Part shown: positions 37,651 to 50,570 of the stretch, piece by piece
How positions within the stretch are numbered: position 1 is the stretch's first letter
Layout of the letters: each line of letters starts with the position of its first letter
Source of the DNA: Chrysemys picta bellii
Taxonomy: Eukaryota
DNA: 64,000 nt
Direction: 5' to 3'
Assembly (NCBI RefSeq): GCF_011386835.1
Contig: NC_088795.1
Coordinates: 25,854,001-25,918,000, forward strand
The notes under the pieces: model-generated
Database searches by the model: none
The model's input: only the letters and a program-made list of their open reading frames with translations
Told to the model about the DNA's origin: nothing
Program-made: the position numbers and the translations under genes

Positions 37651-40639
37651 CACAACCGTTCGCTTTCCCTGACCCAATGACTATTAGGTCATTATGAATG
37701 TCAATGAATAGTCATTGAGCTAGGAAAAAAAAGAGTGAGGTTGACTCTGTAAGTCCCCTGCAATGATATCCACATTTGCAAATTTGTGTGGTACAATTAC
37801 TGCCGAAGGGCCAAATTCTGCCATCTTTACTCACACTAAGTAGAACATCGCTCTCCAAGTAGTCTCGCTGATTTCCCTCTGAGCACAAACGACAGACTCT
37901 GGCCCTAAACAAGCTCCATCTATTAGTTTGCCTCTAGCAGTGCATTAACATGGTAGTGTAAGTAATTGATCAGATGTTATGTAACTGTGGATGCTGTCAA
38001 TGCAGTTTATCTGACAGTTCTAGAATGCAGGCTATATTTATTCTCATTGAGTGAATTTAGTTCAAGCCTTTTTATACACTTTCCCCTATCTTTTTTTTTT
38101 CTGGCTAACATAAAATACGTTTTCCTATTCAGTCATATGATTACATCTTTTGTCTATATATAGCTAGCAGTGTGGGACTGGAAGCTCTAAAGAGGAAGTG
38201 ATTACACTAAAGTTTAAAAAGATCTCCCAGACCAGCTATCATTGCTGGATGCAAACAGAAAAATCCTTATCATAAAACAAAGCAGCTAGTCACTCAAATG
38301 AGAGGGGGAAGCTCATAAAAGAAGTTGGATTTACAATCCCTTAGGGGCAGACTGGGAGCCAGAAGGGAGATAACAGAGCCAGATGTGGCCTGGGGGTTGC
38401 TTGCTGGAAACACCCCCTCCACCCTTTTTTGTTGTTGTTGAGAAATCCCAAGTAACAGATTAAAGTTACTGCATTCCTTGTAAAGAACATGAGCTGGAAG
38501 AAATTACCCTTTGAAGAGCTGAGAGTAAAAAGTGGCAAGAATGCAAACCTTTTAGCCCTGCACATGTTGTTTTTCACTAGAACAGATGTTATGAAGGAAG
38601 CAAAGAACTCCAGGATTTTGTGTAGCTAAGAAATTTATTCTGCTAACACTTCACTAAGCAGCATTTTGCCTTTATAACCTCTCTTGCCCCCTCAGTATCC
38701 CTTCTACGTGCTCTTCTCAGACTAATGCCTAAATGGTCAAATCGCTTTCCTCTTGATATCCAATGACACCAAAAGCTGATGAAGGTCACACAACTGGTCA
38801 GTTGCAGCACCAAGTCACTTTACATCTCTGCCATTATTTCCCCTCTTGCCTTTTGTCTGCCTTCTCTATTTAGGTTGTGAGATCTTCAGGGAAGGAACCA
38901 TCTCTTACTATGTGTTTGCATAACAGCACCCGAATCTCAGCTGGGAACTCACAGCACCACTGTGACACAAATAGGAAAAAATGGCCTGGATTTAAAATCC
39001 TTTACTGGCTTGCTATTTGTTTTGCAAGACTCATGAAGATATTCTCCACCTACACATTTCTGTTTTTTTAATGCTGAAAAAAAGACGACAGTGCCAGAGA
39101 ATAACTTTCCGAATCAACTACTCTGCCATATTTACAGTTATCTGAAAAACGATAAACTTGGGTTTAGCAGGAAACAGTTTAGAATGAATTATGCCAGTTC
39201 AAATATGTGGAGAACACCAATTAATTTGATTTCTTTGCAGATTGATTGTTGCCTTTTCTTCTCAATAAAAGAACTAAAAAAGGTTATTAAAAAGTCTCTT
39301 TGCTTCCCTAACAAACAGGCACAACTATACATTACAAACTTTTGCTGTCAGTTTTTGCTGAGTGGCTAAATTAAAGAAAAAAATATTCAGGAGACCACTA
39401 ATTAAGCACTACAGTTTTCATATAGAAATGTCATCTCATTTGTTCCTTTGATGTTCTAAACACTTTAATGATCACCTTTAGAAGGCATCTGCTATTTTTA
39501 CAGCTTGTAATTATAGCGTGCAAATTAAATGGAGAGTGTCGACACCTAAGATTTCATCCAGGATTGCTGAATCATTTCCTGCCCTACTTTAATACATTCA
39601 GATGAATACAACACACACAAAGATAAGGCTGCTCACTTTGACCAGTCCCTTAGAAATGATTCCTCACCTTATCCAGTGGGCGCATATTATGAGGGTAGTC
39701 AAAGGTTGAGAGTTTGCTGGATAGCCCACCCCCAGTTAACATTCAGTCTTAACAATCCTTTGATCTTAGCACCCTAAACACGCCAAAGGTAAGTCGGAGA
39801 AATTTGTGGATGGGAAGAAAGAGCAAGAAACAAACTGAGGAAGCATCATCTTTAAAGGGAGAAAGATAGTCCTCCAAGAGACACTTTTCCTCCTCCCTCT
39901 TGCTCTTACAGCCCAGTGATAAGAGTTTGAACACAGCGGATAAATAGAGGAGGACAATGACCAAGATTTCCATAACAATTAGAGCTCAACAAATAGGACC
40001 TGATTTAAATAACTGAGTGGGTGGGCTCCTGAGTGTGCATGAAGCCCTAGTAACTACAAAGATGGTTCTATAGATTAGTTTAGATGGGACACAAAATCAG
40101 GTTGCATTTTTTTGTTTCTTGGTGGCTGAACAGACAGCCAAGAAATAGGTCCATGGCATGAATACTCATGGTTTTGAGTATAAAACTCACTATCTGCAAA
40201 TATTTCCCAATATTTACTTGAAGTTTTTTTCTGACACTTTCCCTGCCAAGAAATTCATTCACTAGGATATTCATATTAATGGACAGGGAATCCAAAAGAG
40301 GAGCAAAGACAAACCAGGTAAAGTGAATTCAATTTTTTATCGGAGTGAATATTCACATTTTTTTTTAAAATAGCAACAGTTTTTTGTTTTGTTTTTAAAG
40401 GGGTAACAAGGTAGAAAAAGAAAATGCTAAAAACATTCTGTGCATTTTAGGAGTGCAAAAATATTTGATTTATACAACTGAAGTGGAAAATATTTTGAGA
40501 TATTTGCCCAGCATTTGTTATTATGCCATGGCAACTGGGATTTGAACTGAGGAAACTAGCTTGTGAACTGATCAGAAGGCCAATGGTTTTCACAGATTTT
40601 GCAGAAAGATCTGGAAATAAATGACAAATGTCACTAAGC

Positions 40640-40988
40640 GTGGATGGGTCACTATAAAAACTAATTTCCCCCTGCTGATACTCCCACCTTCTTCTCAACT
40701 GTTTGAAATGGGCCACCTTGTTTACATTGGCCTCATTAGCACTACAAAAGTGATTTCCACCCCAACTGTTGAGAATAGAACCATTTCCAACTTAATTGAA
40801 TTGGCTCATTAGCACTGACCCCCCACTTGGTAAGGCAACTCCCATCTTTTCATATGCTGTGTATTTATACATCCCTACTGCATGTTCCACTCCATGCATC
40901 TGATGAAGTGGGTTTTAACTCACGAAAGCTTATGCCCAAATAAATTTGTTAGTCTCTCAGGTGCCACAAGGACTCCTCGTTGTTTTTG
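40640..40988 (+). mobile_element. PLE 3' UTR fragment with hammerhead-like core
   Basis: catgcatctgatgaagtgggttttaactcacgaaagcttatgcccaaataaatttgttagtctctcaggtgccacaaggactcctcg, homologous to the 13.6, 55.3 and 61.7 kb copies; left boundary approximate. Confidence 0.8.
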
Positions 40989-41066
40989 TCAACCTAAGCA
41001 TATTTCTTAATTCAGCACCTCAATCTACTACTTCATGAATTCAGTCTTTGGAAACAGAAATTAGTT

Positions 41067-42029
41067 ATGCGGTCTTGGAATGCATCAGGCAAGGTATTTC
41101 CAGTAGAGATAAGGAGGTGTTAGTACCGTTATATAAGGCACTGGTGAGACCTCATCTGGAATACTGTGTGCAATTCTGGTCTCCCATGTTTAAGAAGGAT
41201 GAATTGAAACTGGAACAGGTTCAGAGAAGGGCTACTAGGATGATCCGAGGAATGGAAAACCTGTCTTATGAAAGGAGACTCAAAGAGCTTGGCTTGTTTA
41301 GCCTAACCAAAAGAAGGCTGAAGGGAGATAGGATTGCCCTCTATAAATATATCAGAGGAATAAATACCAGGGAGGGAGAGGAATTATTTAAGCTCAGTAC
41401 CAATGTGGACACAAGAACAAATGGATATAAACTGACCATCAGGAAGTTTAGACTTGAAATTAGACAAAGGTTTCTAACCATCAGAGGAGTGAAATTCTGG
41501 AACAGCCTTCCAAGGGGAGTTGTGGGGGCAAAAGACCTATCTGGCTTCAAGACTAAGCTTGATAAGTTTATGGGGGGGATGGTATAATGGGATAGCCTAA
41601 TTTTGGCAATTAATTGGTCTTTGACTATTAGCGGTAAATATGCCCAATGGCTTGTGATGGGATGTTAGATGGGGTGGGATCTGAGTTATTACAGAGAATT
41701 CTTTCCTGGGTGTCTGGTTGGTGAGTCTTGCCCACATGCTCAGGGTTTAGCTGATCGCCATATTTGGGGTCGGGAAGGAATTTTCCTCCAGGGCAGATTG
41801 GCAGAGGCCTTGGGGGTTTTTCGCCTTCCTCTGCAGCGTGGGGCATGGGTCATTTGCTGGAAGATTCTCTGCATCTTGAAGTCTTTAAACCATGATTTGA
41901 GGACTTCAATGGCTCAGACACAGGTTTGATACAGGAGTGGGTGGGTGAAATTCTGTGGCCTGCGTTGTGCAGGAGGTCAGACTAGATGACCATAATGGTC
42001 CCTTCTGACTTTAAAGTCTATGATTCTAT
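41067..42029 (+). mobile_element. 5'-truncated CR1 LINE 3' end (ORF2 C-terminus + 3' UTR)
   Basis: Open LYKALVRPHLEYCVQFWSP...LEQVQRRATRMIRGME to stop 41587; 3' UTR ending ggtcccttctgactttaaagtctatgattcta, typical CR1 terminal repeat. Confidence 0.92.
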
Positions 42030-42479
42030 ATTTGTGCATAACAACACTTCAGCATTGTCAAGCTGATAGTGTATATAATATAGTGTGACACGTCTATATT
42101 ATATATTAGTTTCATGTGTGACAAATTTTCCTAATGACTTTCACACTCGCAATTCAGTCTCAAGTCCACACAAATGATAAACTGTATCATATAAAAAGGA
42201 GATAGGACAACATTGTCCTTTATTTACTTTTCGATAGCACATTTGTATGTTCGCTTTCTACCCGAGGTTCCTCATTCCAGGCCTATCATTAATGTAATTG
42301 GTACTAAATTCAAGTTCTTGCTTTGCCAGAGGCTAGAAGCTCTGTCCTTAAGGGAAGCTGAGCTACACGGATATTGACAGAATTGGTACCAATGATAGGA
42401 ACATAGCTATAAAAATAGAAATAGCAAAGGTGTAAATTCTCTGGAGTCTACTACAGACTGGTTGTCACTCAGTAAGTTA

Positions 42480-42660
42480 CAGACGCTCCCCGGGTTACGC
42501 AAGACCTGATTTACTCAAATTCGCACTTACGGAAAAAGTTCCATAAGCCAGAAATAGGATTTTCAAGTTGCAGAAATTTTTGCGTAATAGACAGGTATAC
42601 GTTTCCGACTTACGCAAGGCTTTCCGGAATGGAATAATTGCGTAAGTCAGGGGGCGTCTG
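42480..42660. mobile_element. Tc1/mariner (Tigger-like) MITE
   Basis: 23-bp imperfect TIR cagacgctccccgggttacgcaa / ttgcgtaagtcagggggcgtctg; TA flanks. Confidence 0.85.
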
Positions 42661-42719
42661 TATTGTATAATCATCTCTCTTCGCTCCTTGCTAGTTTTTA
42701 AATGGTTTACAGATAGGTC

Positions 42720-43396
42720 ATGTGAGATATCATTGAAAAGGTTATGTTTTACTGAATATGGTTATCCTATTTGTATGCATGGATTATTTTGGTATCTGAA
42801 GTTAGGAATATTGTCTATGCATCTATTACAAATGTGTTTACACCTGGGGAACGCCCACTAGGCAGAATGCAATGAATCTAGATGGCTGGCTGGAAAGGGC
42901 CATTAGGGAGAACAGTAGGTCTTAGAAGATGCTAATCTCCCACCAGTGAGCCTTCCTGAGGACACTACAAACAGCCTCCTAGACATGGCTACTATGGCCC
43001 TACAGGGACATGTGACCAAGTCATCCGGTACAGGACTCCATCTTGTAGTACCAGTGTTTTTCCACGGAAAGGCGTGGGAACCAACTAAGCCTGGAGACAA
43101 AGGGTTCCCACCATATGCAAAAACTATTTAAGACAGGGAGTGACATCACTGTGATTCTTCTTCACTGACTCCCCGCCCGAGAAGATTGCTGGAAACACCT
43201 GAGAAACAAGGACTGAACTGAGAGAGGGGGTGAATTTCATGAGTTCTCTCTGCAGCGCAAGACGGTATGTCTTCACCTGTATGTGTGCTGGAAGGGGACT
43301 GAGAGCCTATCACAGCAGTACAATGTAAAGGGAGTCCAGGCTGGTGGGTCAGATGGGCTCAGTGGTATCCCGGTTCCAAGTGGCAACCCATCAGAG
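42720..43396 (+). mobile_element. Probable degenerate Gypsy-type LTR
   Basis: End gggagtccaggctggtgggtcagatgggctcagtggtatcccggttccaagtggcaacccatca resembles turtle LTR termini as recalled; TATA-like tatttaag at about 43126; boundaries approximate, no TSD found. Confidence 0.45.
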
Positions 43397-44945
43397 CCGC
43401 TCCTCCCAACGCGGCTTCCCTTTGGTTCCCTGCCATTTTCTGCAGGGAAGCACAGGAAATCTTCGGGGGGACAGGGCATTTTCTGCTGGCATACACTCAC
43501 ACAGAATCCCCCCAGGAGTAAAAGTTTTTATAGCCAGAGGGAACCTTATCCATATAACACCAGCCTAGCACAGAAGTGGGTTTGGTAGCTGAAATACACT
43601 GTCACAAGTTGATAGCACCATCTGTCCAGAGAGGGGAAAGAGACACAGAAGAACTATTTCTTGAATTAATCCGTTGAGAGTCAGATTTTGAGGGAGGTGA
43701 ATGGATTATGCTCACTCTACAACATTGATGCCTGGACATTCAAAATGATGTCAAGCATTTATATAGCACTTGTGCCTGTCATCTGAATATATGGGAGCCA
43801 AAGGATGGTTCCACTTCTTTTGCTTATTCATTTTTTCCTATCTTCTCTTATCTTTCATTCCCTCTTTCTTCAGAAAGCTTCTTTTCTCTCTTTCTGGGGT
43901 GTGGTTTGAGAGATGGGTATATTGTAATCTTGGGAAGGATGAACAACATTTTAGGTATTTGCATAATGGAATGGCTCCAGGGAATGATAACGAGACAGTG
44001 AGCATTTCATCTCCTATGTATAACTGGCTCAAACCTGGTCCATTTGAAAGCTGGCTGGTGGTCTATATGAAATATATTGGGGGTCTCAACCACCTCTCAT
44101 CACTCATCCATATCACAAAAATCCCTACAACTGCATTGCTGGTGGTGATCTTACAGAAGGGCAAGGACTGAAAGGGCATAGTCACTGAATCACATTGTCA
44201 CTCCTCCTTCTCAGGTTGAGGTATGTTAAGTGAGCACTATAACCTGGTTAAATAGAAAGTAGTATCTTATATGGGCCTTATCGCCACGGTACCTGTTGCT
44301 ACCATGATGTACTTGCTCAGTGGATAGAGGACTTTAGTTTCCAGTCCAGCACCTTCCATAAGCACTTCATGCACTTGGTGTGTGGGCGCGTGTAAATAGC
44401 ACAGGCTCATTAGACAACGTGACATCCCCTAGATAGGAGAACATAGCACAGAAGAGGAGTACTGACTTGGATCAAGAGATCCCTTACCAACTTGAGGGAG
44501 GTGAGCTTGCTTACTGAGAGTGGCTGTGTAACGTGTACTCTTCCACCTCAAGGAAATCCTAATGAACACTCTTCTTCACTCCAGGAGACCGCAAGATACA
44601 TCAGCACTAAAAGAATCTTGTTATTTTTGGCATCTTGGAGCGTACAATGTGGGGTATGAAGCCAAGTGAGGGCACAGTGGTCAGCCAATCTTTTAACTCT
44701 GCAGAACCTCAGGGAGCCAGATGCTGCATCTCAGCTGAACTTTCTGAGTAAATATTGTTTTTTAAATTCCCTTCTTAACCAGTTCAAAGGAGCAGGTATC
44801 ATATGTACTGAGCAATGCAAAGAAAGCAGGGTGAGGGGAAGAATATCCTGTCCTATGTTGTTTTATAAATAAATCATACAGGTTACAGTGGGAAAACACC
44901 TGTTAGATCATCTCATCCTTCCCCTGCAAATACAAGGTATAGTCC

Positions 44946-45408
44946 TGTAGTGGGGCAGACTGCCCCACTCCCTGAGAATTTAGGTTGCAGCAGGCCAGTG
45001 GGCCTTTGCAGATGGGCAGACGATCAGAAAAGGGCTTATTGTGAGCCAATCAGAGCCCAGATTGGAGGCAGCCAATCAGGGCCGGGCTCAGCCCTATAAA
45101 AAGGCTGCTCAGGGAGAGAGCAGTCAGTCTGTCCCAGGCCTTGGAGAGGGGAAGGTCTGTCTCCAGAGGTGGGAGACTAGCACCTGGGACAGCGCATTGC
45201 TGGGCAGGCCCGGGGGAGCAGAAAGGAACTCCAGCCCGGTGTCTGCCAGGCTGCAGGCCCTGAGGGGAAGCAACGCGGGTCTAGACACGCCAACCGAGGG
45301 CGAGACAATGGGTGGGACACCACCAGGAGAGGGCGCTCCACTGGACTGAGCTAATTCCCGGAGGTAACCAGCAGGAGGCACCAGGTGGTGAGTCCCAACA
45401 GTGTTACA
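44946..45408 (+). mobile_element. Solo LTR (Gypsy/ERV-like)
   Basis: TG...CA ends (tgtagtgggg...gtgttaca); 5-bp flanks agtcc / tgtcc (1 mismatch); two CCAAT boxes and TATAAAAA at 45095. Confidence 0.75.
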
Positions 45409-46781
45409 TGTCCCTAGAGAGAGGATACGCTAGACATTAAACAGATACTACTGCACACTAGAACTGAGCCAGAAACCCGTGAAGATGCTATAACAAGATG
45501 GCTTGTTATAGTACCAGTCTCTGAAGTTAAGCAGTAAAACCCAAACATAACTATATGTTAACAACAAAGCTTAGGATTGTAAAGACATAAAATTACTTCT
45601 GCTAAAGACAGTCTTATAAGTTATGTGTATACGAACAAAAAGAAACAATCAAACAAATAGGAAATCCACACTCATTTGAGAAGAAGAGATTTTAAGTTAA
45701 GGACAATTATATTTCTTGTGGTGGTGGGGGGAAGAAAAGCTAAGGTACTAAGTACTATATTATGGCTGTAGAAATCACATGCGATAGCACGTGCGAGAGT
45801 GAGACAACAGGGACACTGCATCATCAACTGTTCCTAAAGGCATACTGCCTGTAGAGAACAGCAGGAAAAAAAATCAGCAAAGGAGGGCTCTTAAGAGAAA
45901 CTCCACCTCTTATCTGGAAGAGCAGCCTACCATTCTGTCCCAGCACCTAGCCCTGAAGCCCCAATCAGTACAGAACGGTTGCAGGGCCATGGCCCTGCCT
46001 AGTTTTGCCTTCTTTGTGGTTTCTAGCACTACTGGCGATCCTAGTAGCTATCTTGATGCTTGTAATCCCTTCCAGGCTACTATGTTTTTTAAATAACACA
46101 AAAGTAACAAGAAGAGCTGAACAACAGAGTTTTTGTACCCCGTTTGGTGGTGGCAAATGGGCAAAGACTGACAGTAACATGTGAAGAGTTGAACACCTTA
46201 TGTACCTTCTGCGCAATGATAAATCTGAGCAATTGTATCCATTCACTGTTTGAGAAGTGAGCAGTAACTGCTGGTAGTGAGATACCACATTTGCATGCAT
46301 GTATTTTTACGGTAGAATTGACCATTATGATCATTTAGTCTGGACTTCTGCACAATGCAGGAAAAATGAGTCCTGGTTCAAACCCATAATTTCTGGTTGA
46401 CCTAGACAATAATTTTTAGAAGACATTTAGTCTTGATTTAAAGATTTCAAGTGATGGCAAATTGTTCCAGTGGTTAATCATTCTATATCAGATATCTCAC
46501 TCAAGATATCTGGCATGTGAATAAACCCAAGTTCAACACACAGTTGGAACTGCATGTCTTTAAAAATTACATTCTACACAATTATTATTCACCTGCCATC
46601 AATGGGACTTAAGTATGCACGTAGGTGTTTAGCTGAACAGTGATCTCTGGTGTACTAATCATCAGACTTCTGAGAATGTGAATATGAGTTCTCCCGCTCC
46701 TACTACACTCATTTGGGAGACTAAGCATCCTAGATTTCTTCCATAAGGCTTTCATCCTCCTGACCACCAAGGAGCATTTAC

Positions 46782-46875
46782 CTGTGGGAAGTCCCTTCCC
46801 TCTCAGCCTATCCCGAATGGCCTGGCTTCTGTCTGTCTGCAATTTTCTTTCTCCGTTGCAGGAAAGCTGATCGAC
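46782..46875 (-). CDS. PTPN13: PTPN13 coding exon, VDQLSCNGERKLQTDRSQAIRDRLRGKGLPT(G)
   Basis: tgtttacag|GTC GAT CAG...CCC ACA G|gtaaat; 94 nt, phase 0-1; DRSQAIRDRLRGKGLPTG is characteristic of PTPN13. Confidence 0.94.
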
Positions 46876-48329
46876 CTGTAAACAGGCAGTAATACAAAGT
46901 CAAATGTTCTGAAAAGACCACGTTAGCATGAAGACTGGACACTACAGGACAAAAGGCCAGCACATTTAGCAGGTCATTGTCTTTCTCAGGCAAATAAATG
47001 TTCAACAGAAGTAATATACAGTATTTACATTAGTTTGTGTGTGGAAATTCAGAATTTCTTCATTGAATTGGGATTATCAATTTGGATTTCCCCCAGGGTT
47101 ATGTTTTAGGAACCCTTCCCTTATTAGTATCACTTTGTTCAATACATGTTTGGCATACTTTCCCCCCAAATAAACAGAAAATAATTCCATAAATCTACAA
47201 CATAAATATATTCCATTACAGTAAATTGAAACTAGAAGAATTAAAATAGCTTTAGATATTCCAGGATGTGCATATTCAGGGTTAGTTTGCTAAATTACGG
47301 TTTGTACCTACTATTAAATACAAGCGTGTGGATGATATTTTAGGCTAGTACCCACAGTAGCTAAATTGGATGCCCATACAGTAGCGTTAATAATTTCAGG
47401 AAAGTGTTTCCTTCAGTGTTTCCATAATTCAAAGAACAAAAAAGGAAATTCCAACTCTTGAGATATTTTATCACAGCTTCCCAACTTTTAAAAATAAATG
47501 TTAATTCAATATATATATTTATCTGATTCTGGATACTTGCATACAAATAATTCAAAGAATCTTTTTAAATTGCACTGATAATTTTTTACTCTAGCCTTTC
47601 TGTAAATTAGAAACTAACTGAAAAATTAGGATTGCAGCTTGTGAAAAATCAAGCTACTTTCTATCTAGTACAATTACAATGCAACCCAACTAATATTAAA
47701 TAGGTTCAATCAGTGATCTCCCCATTCACCCTTTATGAAATATTTTAAAAAGGAAATGCACCCAATGACATTTTAAAATATTTTGCATTTCAATGGATAA
47801 TCTCCTATACAGTTCAAGAGGAAACATTTACAGTACAACAATGCCTAATCAGGTCAATAGATATGTACAGGAACCCATTTCTTCTAAACTGGATGCTCAT
47901 ATAATCTTGAGCAAGAGCAGCACAGTTTCCATATATAAACAGTGTATGTACATCACTAAGTTGGTGTTTCAAGGATATGTACAGAACCAAACAGCAACAG
48001 GACCTATTTGTGTACAATGGAATGAAACTGGGGAGTGAAGACTAGCTCAGTGCATAAAGAAAACAACCGCACCACGATGTCGCCAATGTTCTGATGATAC
48101 CCGGTTCTATTTTCCTTTCTTGTTTAGTGTGAACAATGTGATCTCAGATATTCCAATGACTTGGTGAAACAGGGAGATGGACGAAAGACAGCTGGCTAAG
48201 ACTCTGCTCAGGCAAAACATAGGTGATGTTGATTGGTAGAGGGAAACAGAAGAACTAGCAGAATCTCAACAAGCAACACCTCAACTGAAGTTTTTTTAAT
48301 ACCCCTCCCACTTATTAAGGGGCTTTGGA

Positions 48330-48700
48330 GGGATTCACCTTTGATCCTGGAACTTACAGATAGGCATTTTCAGCCACTACTACCTTTTCCATCGATGCTG
48401 GCCAAGATAAAGGGCTGGTCAAAGTCATTCACATCTTGTCACCTCCAGGCTAATGCTATGTTAATGCACTATTAGCTGGGACTGACTATGAAAGCCATAT
48501 GGCAATTAAGACTGATACAACATAGATCATCAACTCACCTGCTAAGCAAGAGACATCATACAAGACCATTCACACTAGTGCTCTGCACTCTACTGGTTGC
48601 CTGTAGGTCACAATCCAACCCCATTTTAAAAGCTCTGAATTTGCTGGGGCCTGGTTGTCTCAATTACTGCCTCTTGCTCTGCATTGTAGAAGAACAGCTA
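48330..48700 (+). mobile_element. Old L2-clade LINE ORF2 C-terminal remnant
   Basis: Frameshifted similarity to VTSRLDYCNAL...HITPVL..LHWLPV...KALNGLGP (seen: cttgtcacctccaggcta; ILKALNLLGPGCL). Confidence 0.55.
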
Positions 48701-49238
48701 CACTAAGTTACCATGGAGGAGCTCAGATGCCACACTGATGATCATTGGAGAGAGAGAGAGATTCAGCTGCCATGCTTAGGCTGCCAGAGAGCAGAGTATG
48801 CCTCACAGCGCTCTCTCTGGAGGGCCTGTGGGTATGGAATCAGTGACGGCTGGAGATTCAACTGAGCCAGAGTCATATCTCTTCATGCAGCAAATTACCA
48901 ACCAGATTAGCAAGGCCCTGACAGCACTGGAATCTCCCATCTCAAGAAACAGGATATCAAGCAATGTACTTTTCTGTGATCATACTGGTGGCATGTGTCC
49001 AGGGATCCATTTTTACACTAGCTATATCTGAGTGGTATCCGCGAGAACTGAAACGGCCATGAGGTCGGCCTCCAAAGAGGTGGGATCATTTCCTAACAAG
49101 GAGATATGGACAAGCATGGTGAAGGATGGCCAGAGCGAGAGAAGACATGTTGTGATTGGCTCAGTCTTACCTGATGAAGGACCAACAGTCTACACAGTAA
49201 TAACTTCCAAAGGGTTGAAGCAGTAGAATACTGTAGTA

Positions 49239-49495
49239 CAGGGGTCCCCAACGCGGCACCCGCCTGGGCATCTAAGTGCACCCGCGTACTGGCCGGAGGA
49301 CGAGCACCTGCCAAAATGCCGCCAAGAAGCAGCGTCATCCAGAGGCGTCGCTGCCGAAATGCAGCCAATTTTCGGCGGCATCGCCTATTGACGTTGCCGC
49401 TTCTCGGCGGCATTTCGGCGGATGCTCGTCCGCCACCCCGGTCCTCCGTGGCTCGTCATCTGGCACCCGCCAGACGAAAAAGGTGGGGACCACTG
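49239..49495. mobile_element. hAT-type MITE
   Basis: TIR caggggtcccca / tggggaccactg; perfect 8-bp TSD ctgtagta (49231-49238, 49496-49503). Confidence 0.88.
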
Positions 49496-50384
49496 CTGTA
49501 GTAACATAGCAGTGAATCAGAACCAGCAATTCTATAGAAGTACTTTGCTTGAGTTGTCTGATTGCCATTATTAGAGATAATTTATAAATGAAAAATACTG
49601 TGAGAAGTACTGTTTGGCACCATTAACAGTTAGTAAGCTCCATTTCTATTCAGAGTCCTAAAATTATTTAACCATCCCATGAATATGTTGTAACACTGTA
49701 GCAAAGGGAGAGGTTGCCAGTCAGGAATGGTAACTTTATGAGATGAGTTAATGTAGTTCCTTTTACATATGAAAATAGTAAGTGCATGTGTCATAATAAT
49801 ATGAATTCCCTGTCAGTAATAATGGCTGACAGCTGGGTAGAATCTCAGAAGAACTTAAGTCTGGTGACACATTCCCTTATTTCCTTCAATAAACAACTGT
49901 CCATAACAGAATTTAAAATGTATAAGAGAAATCCAGATAGCTAAAACAAGTGTCTTAAACACCTGCCCCATAGCATCTATTCCAATTTTTGTTTTTTATC
50001 ATCACATTTTCCTATTTTTAAAAAAATGTTTCTCCCCATTGCTGTGTGGAAGACCCAACACAACGAGAAACTGACCTTACCAGGGAAACTGCAAAAGTGA
50101 CCACATATAGTACGGCCAAATGCATAAAGTCAACTAACAAAAATTAGAGACCACAATGTTTTCCATTAATCTTTCAGTAATTGCTCTTTCTGGTGCTGCT
50201 TGTGATAAAAGCAGGTAAAAAACATTCAGACAGAAGTGTAATTTTTAGACTGAGTGTCCCTTTAATATAAACTGGGAAAAATTACAAACAAGAAGCAAGA
50301 CTGGTTGGAGAGAGACTCTGAACCAATTTCTTCACTGTGTTTTTGCAATTCTCAGTTATTGCTCAACTGCTTGTAAACACTTAC

Positions 50385-50570
50385 CCCAGAGAGGCCTCCC
50401 AGAACCAGTTTAACCAACTGTTTCACATAGGAGAAAGAAGGTGCACAATTACTGTTCCTTATGTGGGCACTGCAGGCATCCAGAACCGTCCGTACAGACA
50501 CACGGGCATAAAAGACATCTTCACACATGCCAAGCAGTATGCTGTTTAGATGATCCCCAAGTTTGATAGG
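50385..50570 (-). CDS. PTPN13: PTPN13 coding exon (KIND C-terminal part), PIKLGDHLNSILLGMCEDVFYARVSVRTVLDACSAHIRNSNCAPSFSYVKQLVKLVLGGLSG
   Basis: tgtaatcag|CCT ATC AAA...TCT GGG|gtaagt; 186 nt, phase 0-0; within ORF 50352..50603; matches recalled human PTPN13 almost residue for residue. Confidence 0.96.

Noticed and set aside
24132-42029. Idea that the two CR1 fragments are halves of one element split by 15 kb
   Set aside because: They overlap over the same coding segment (LYKSMVHPHLEYCV versus LYKALVRPHLEYCV) with clearly different sequence, so they are separate subfamilies.
46206-46270. 65-nt pseudo-exon (ctaccag|CAGTT...GAAG|gtacat)
   Set aside because: Enters in phase 1 and exits in phase 0, so it shifts the frame; the peptide does not resemble PTPN13 as recalled.
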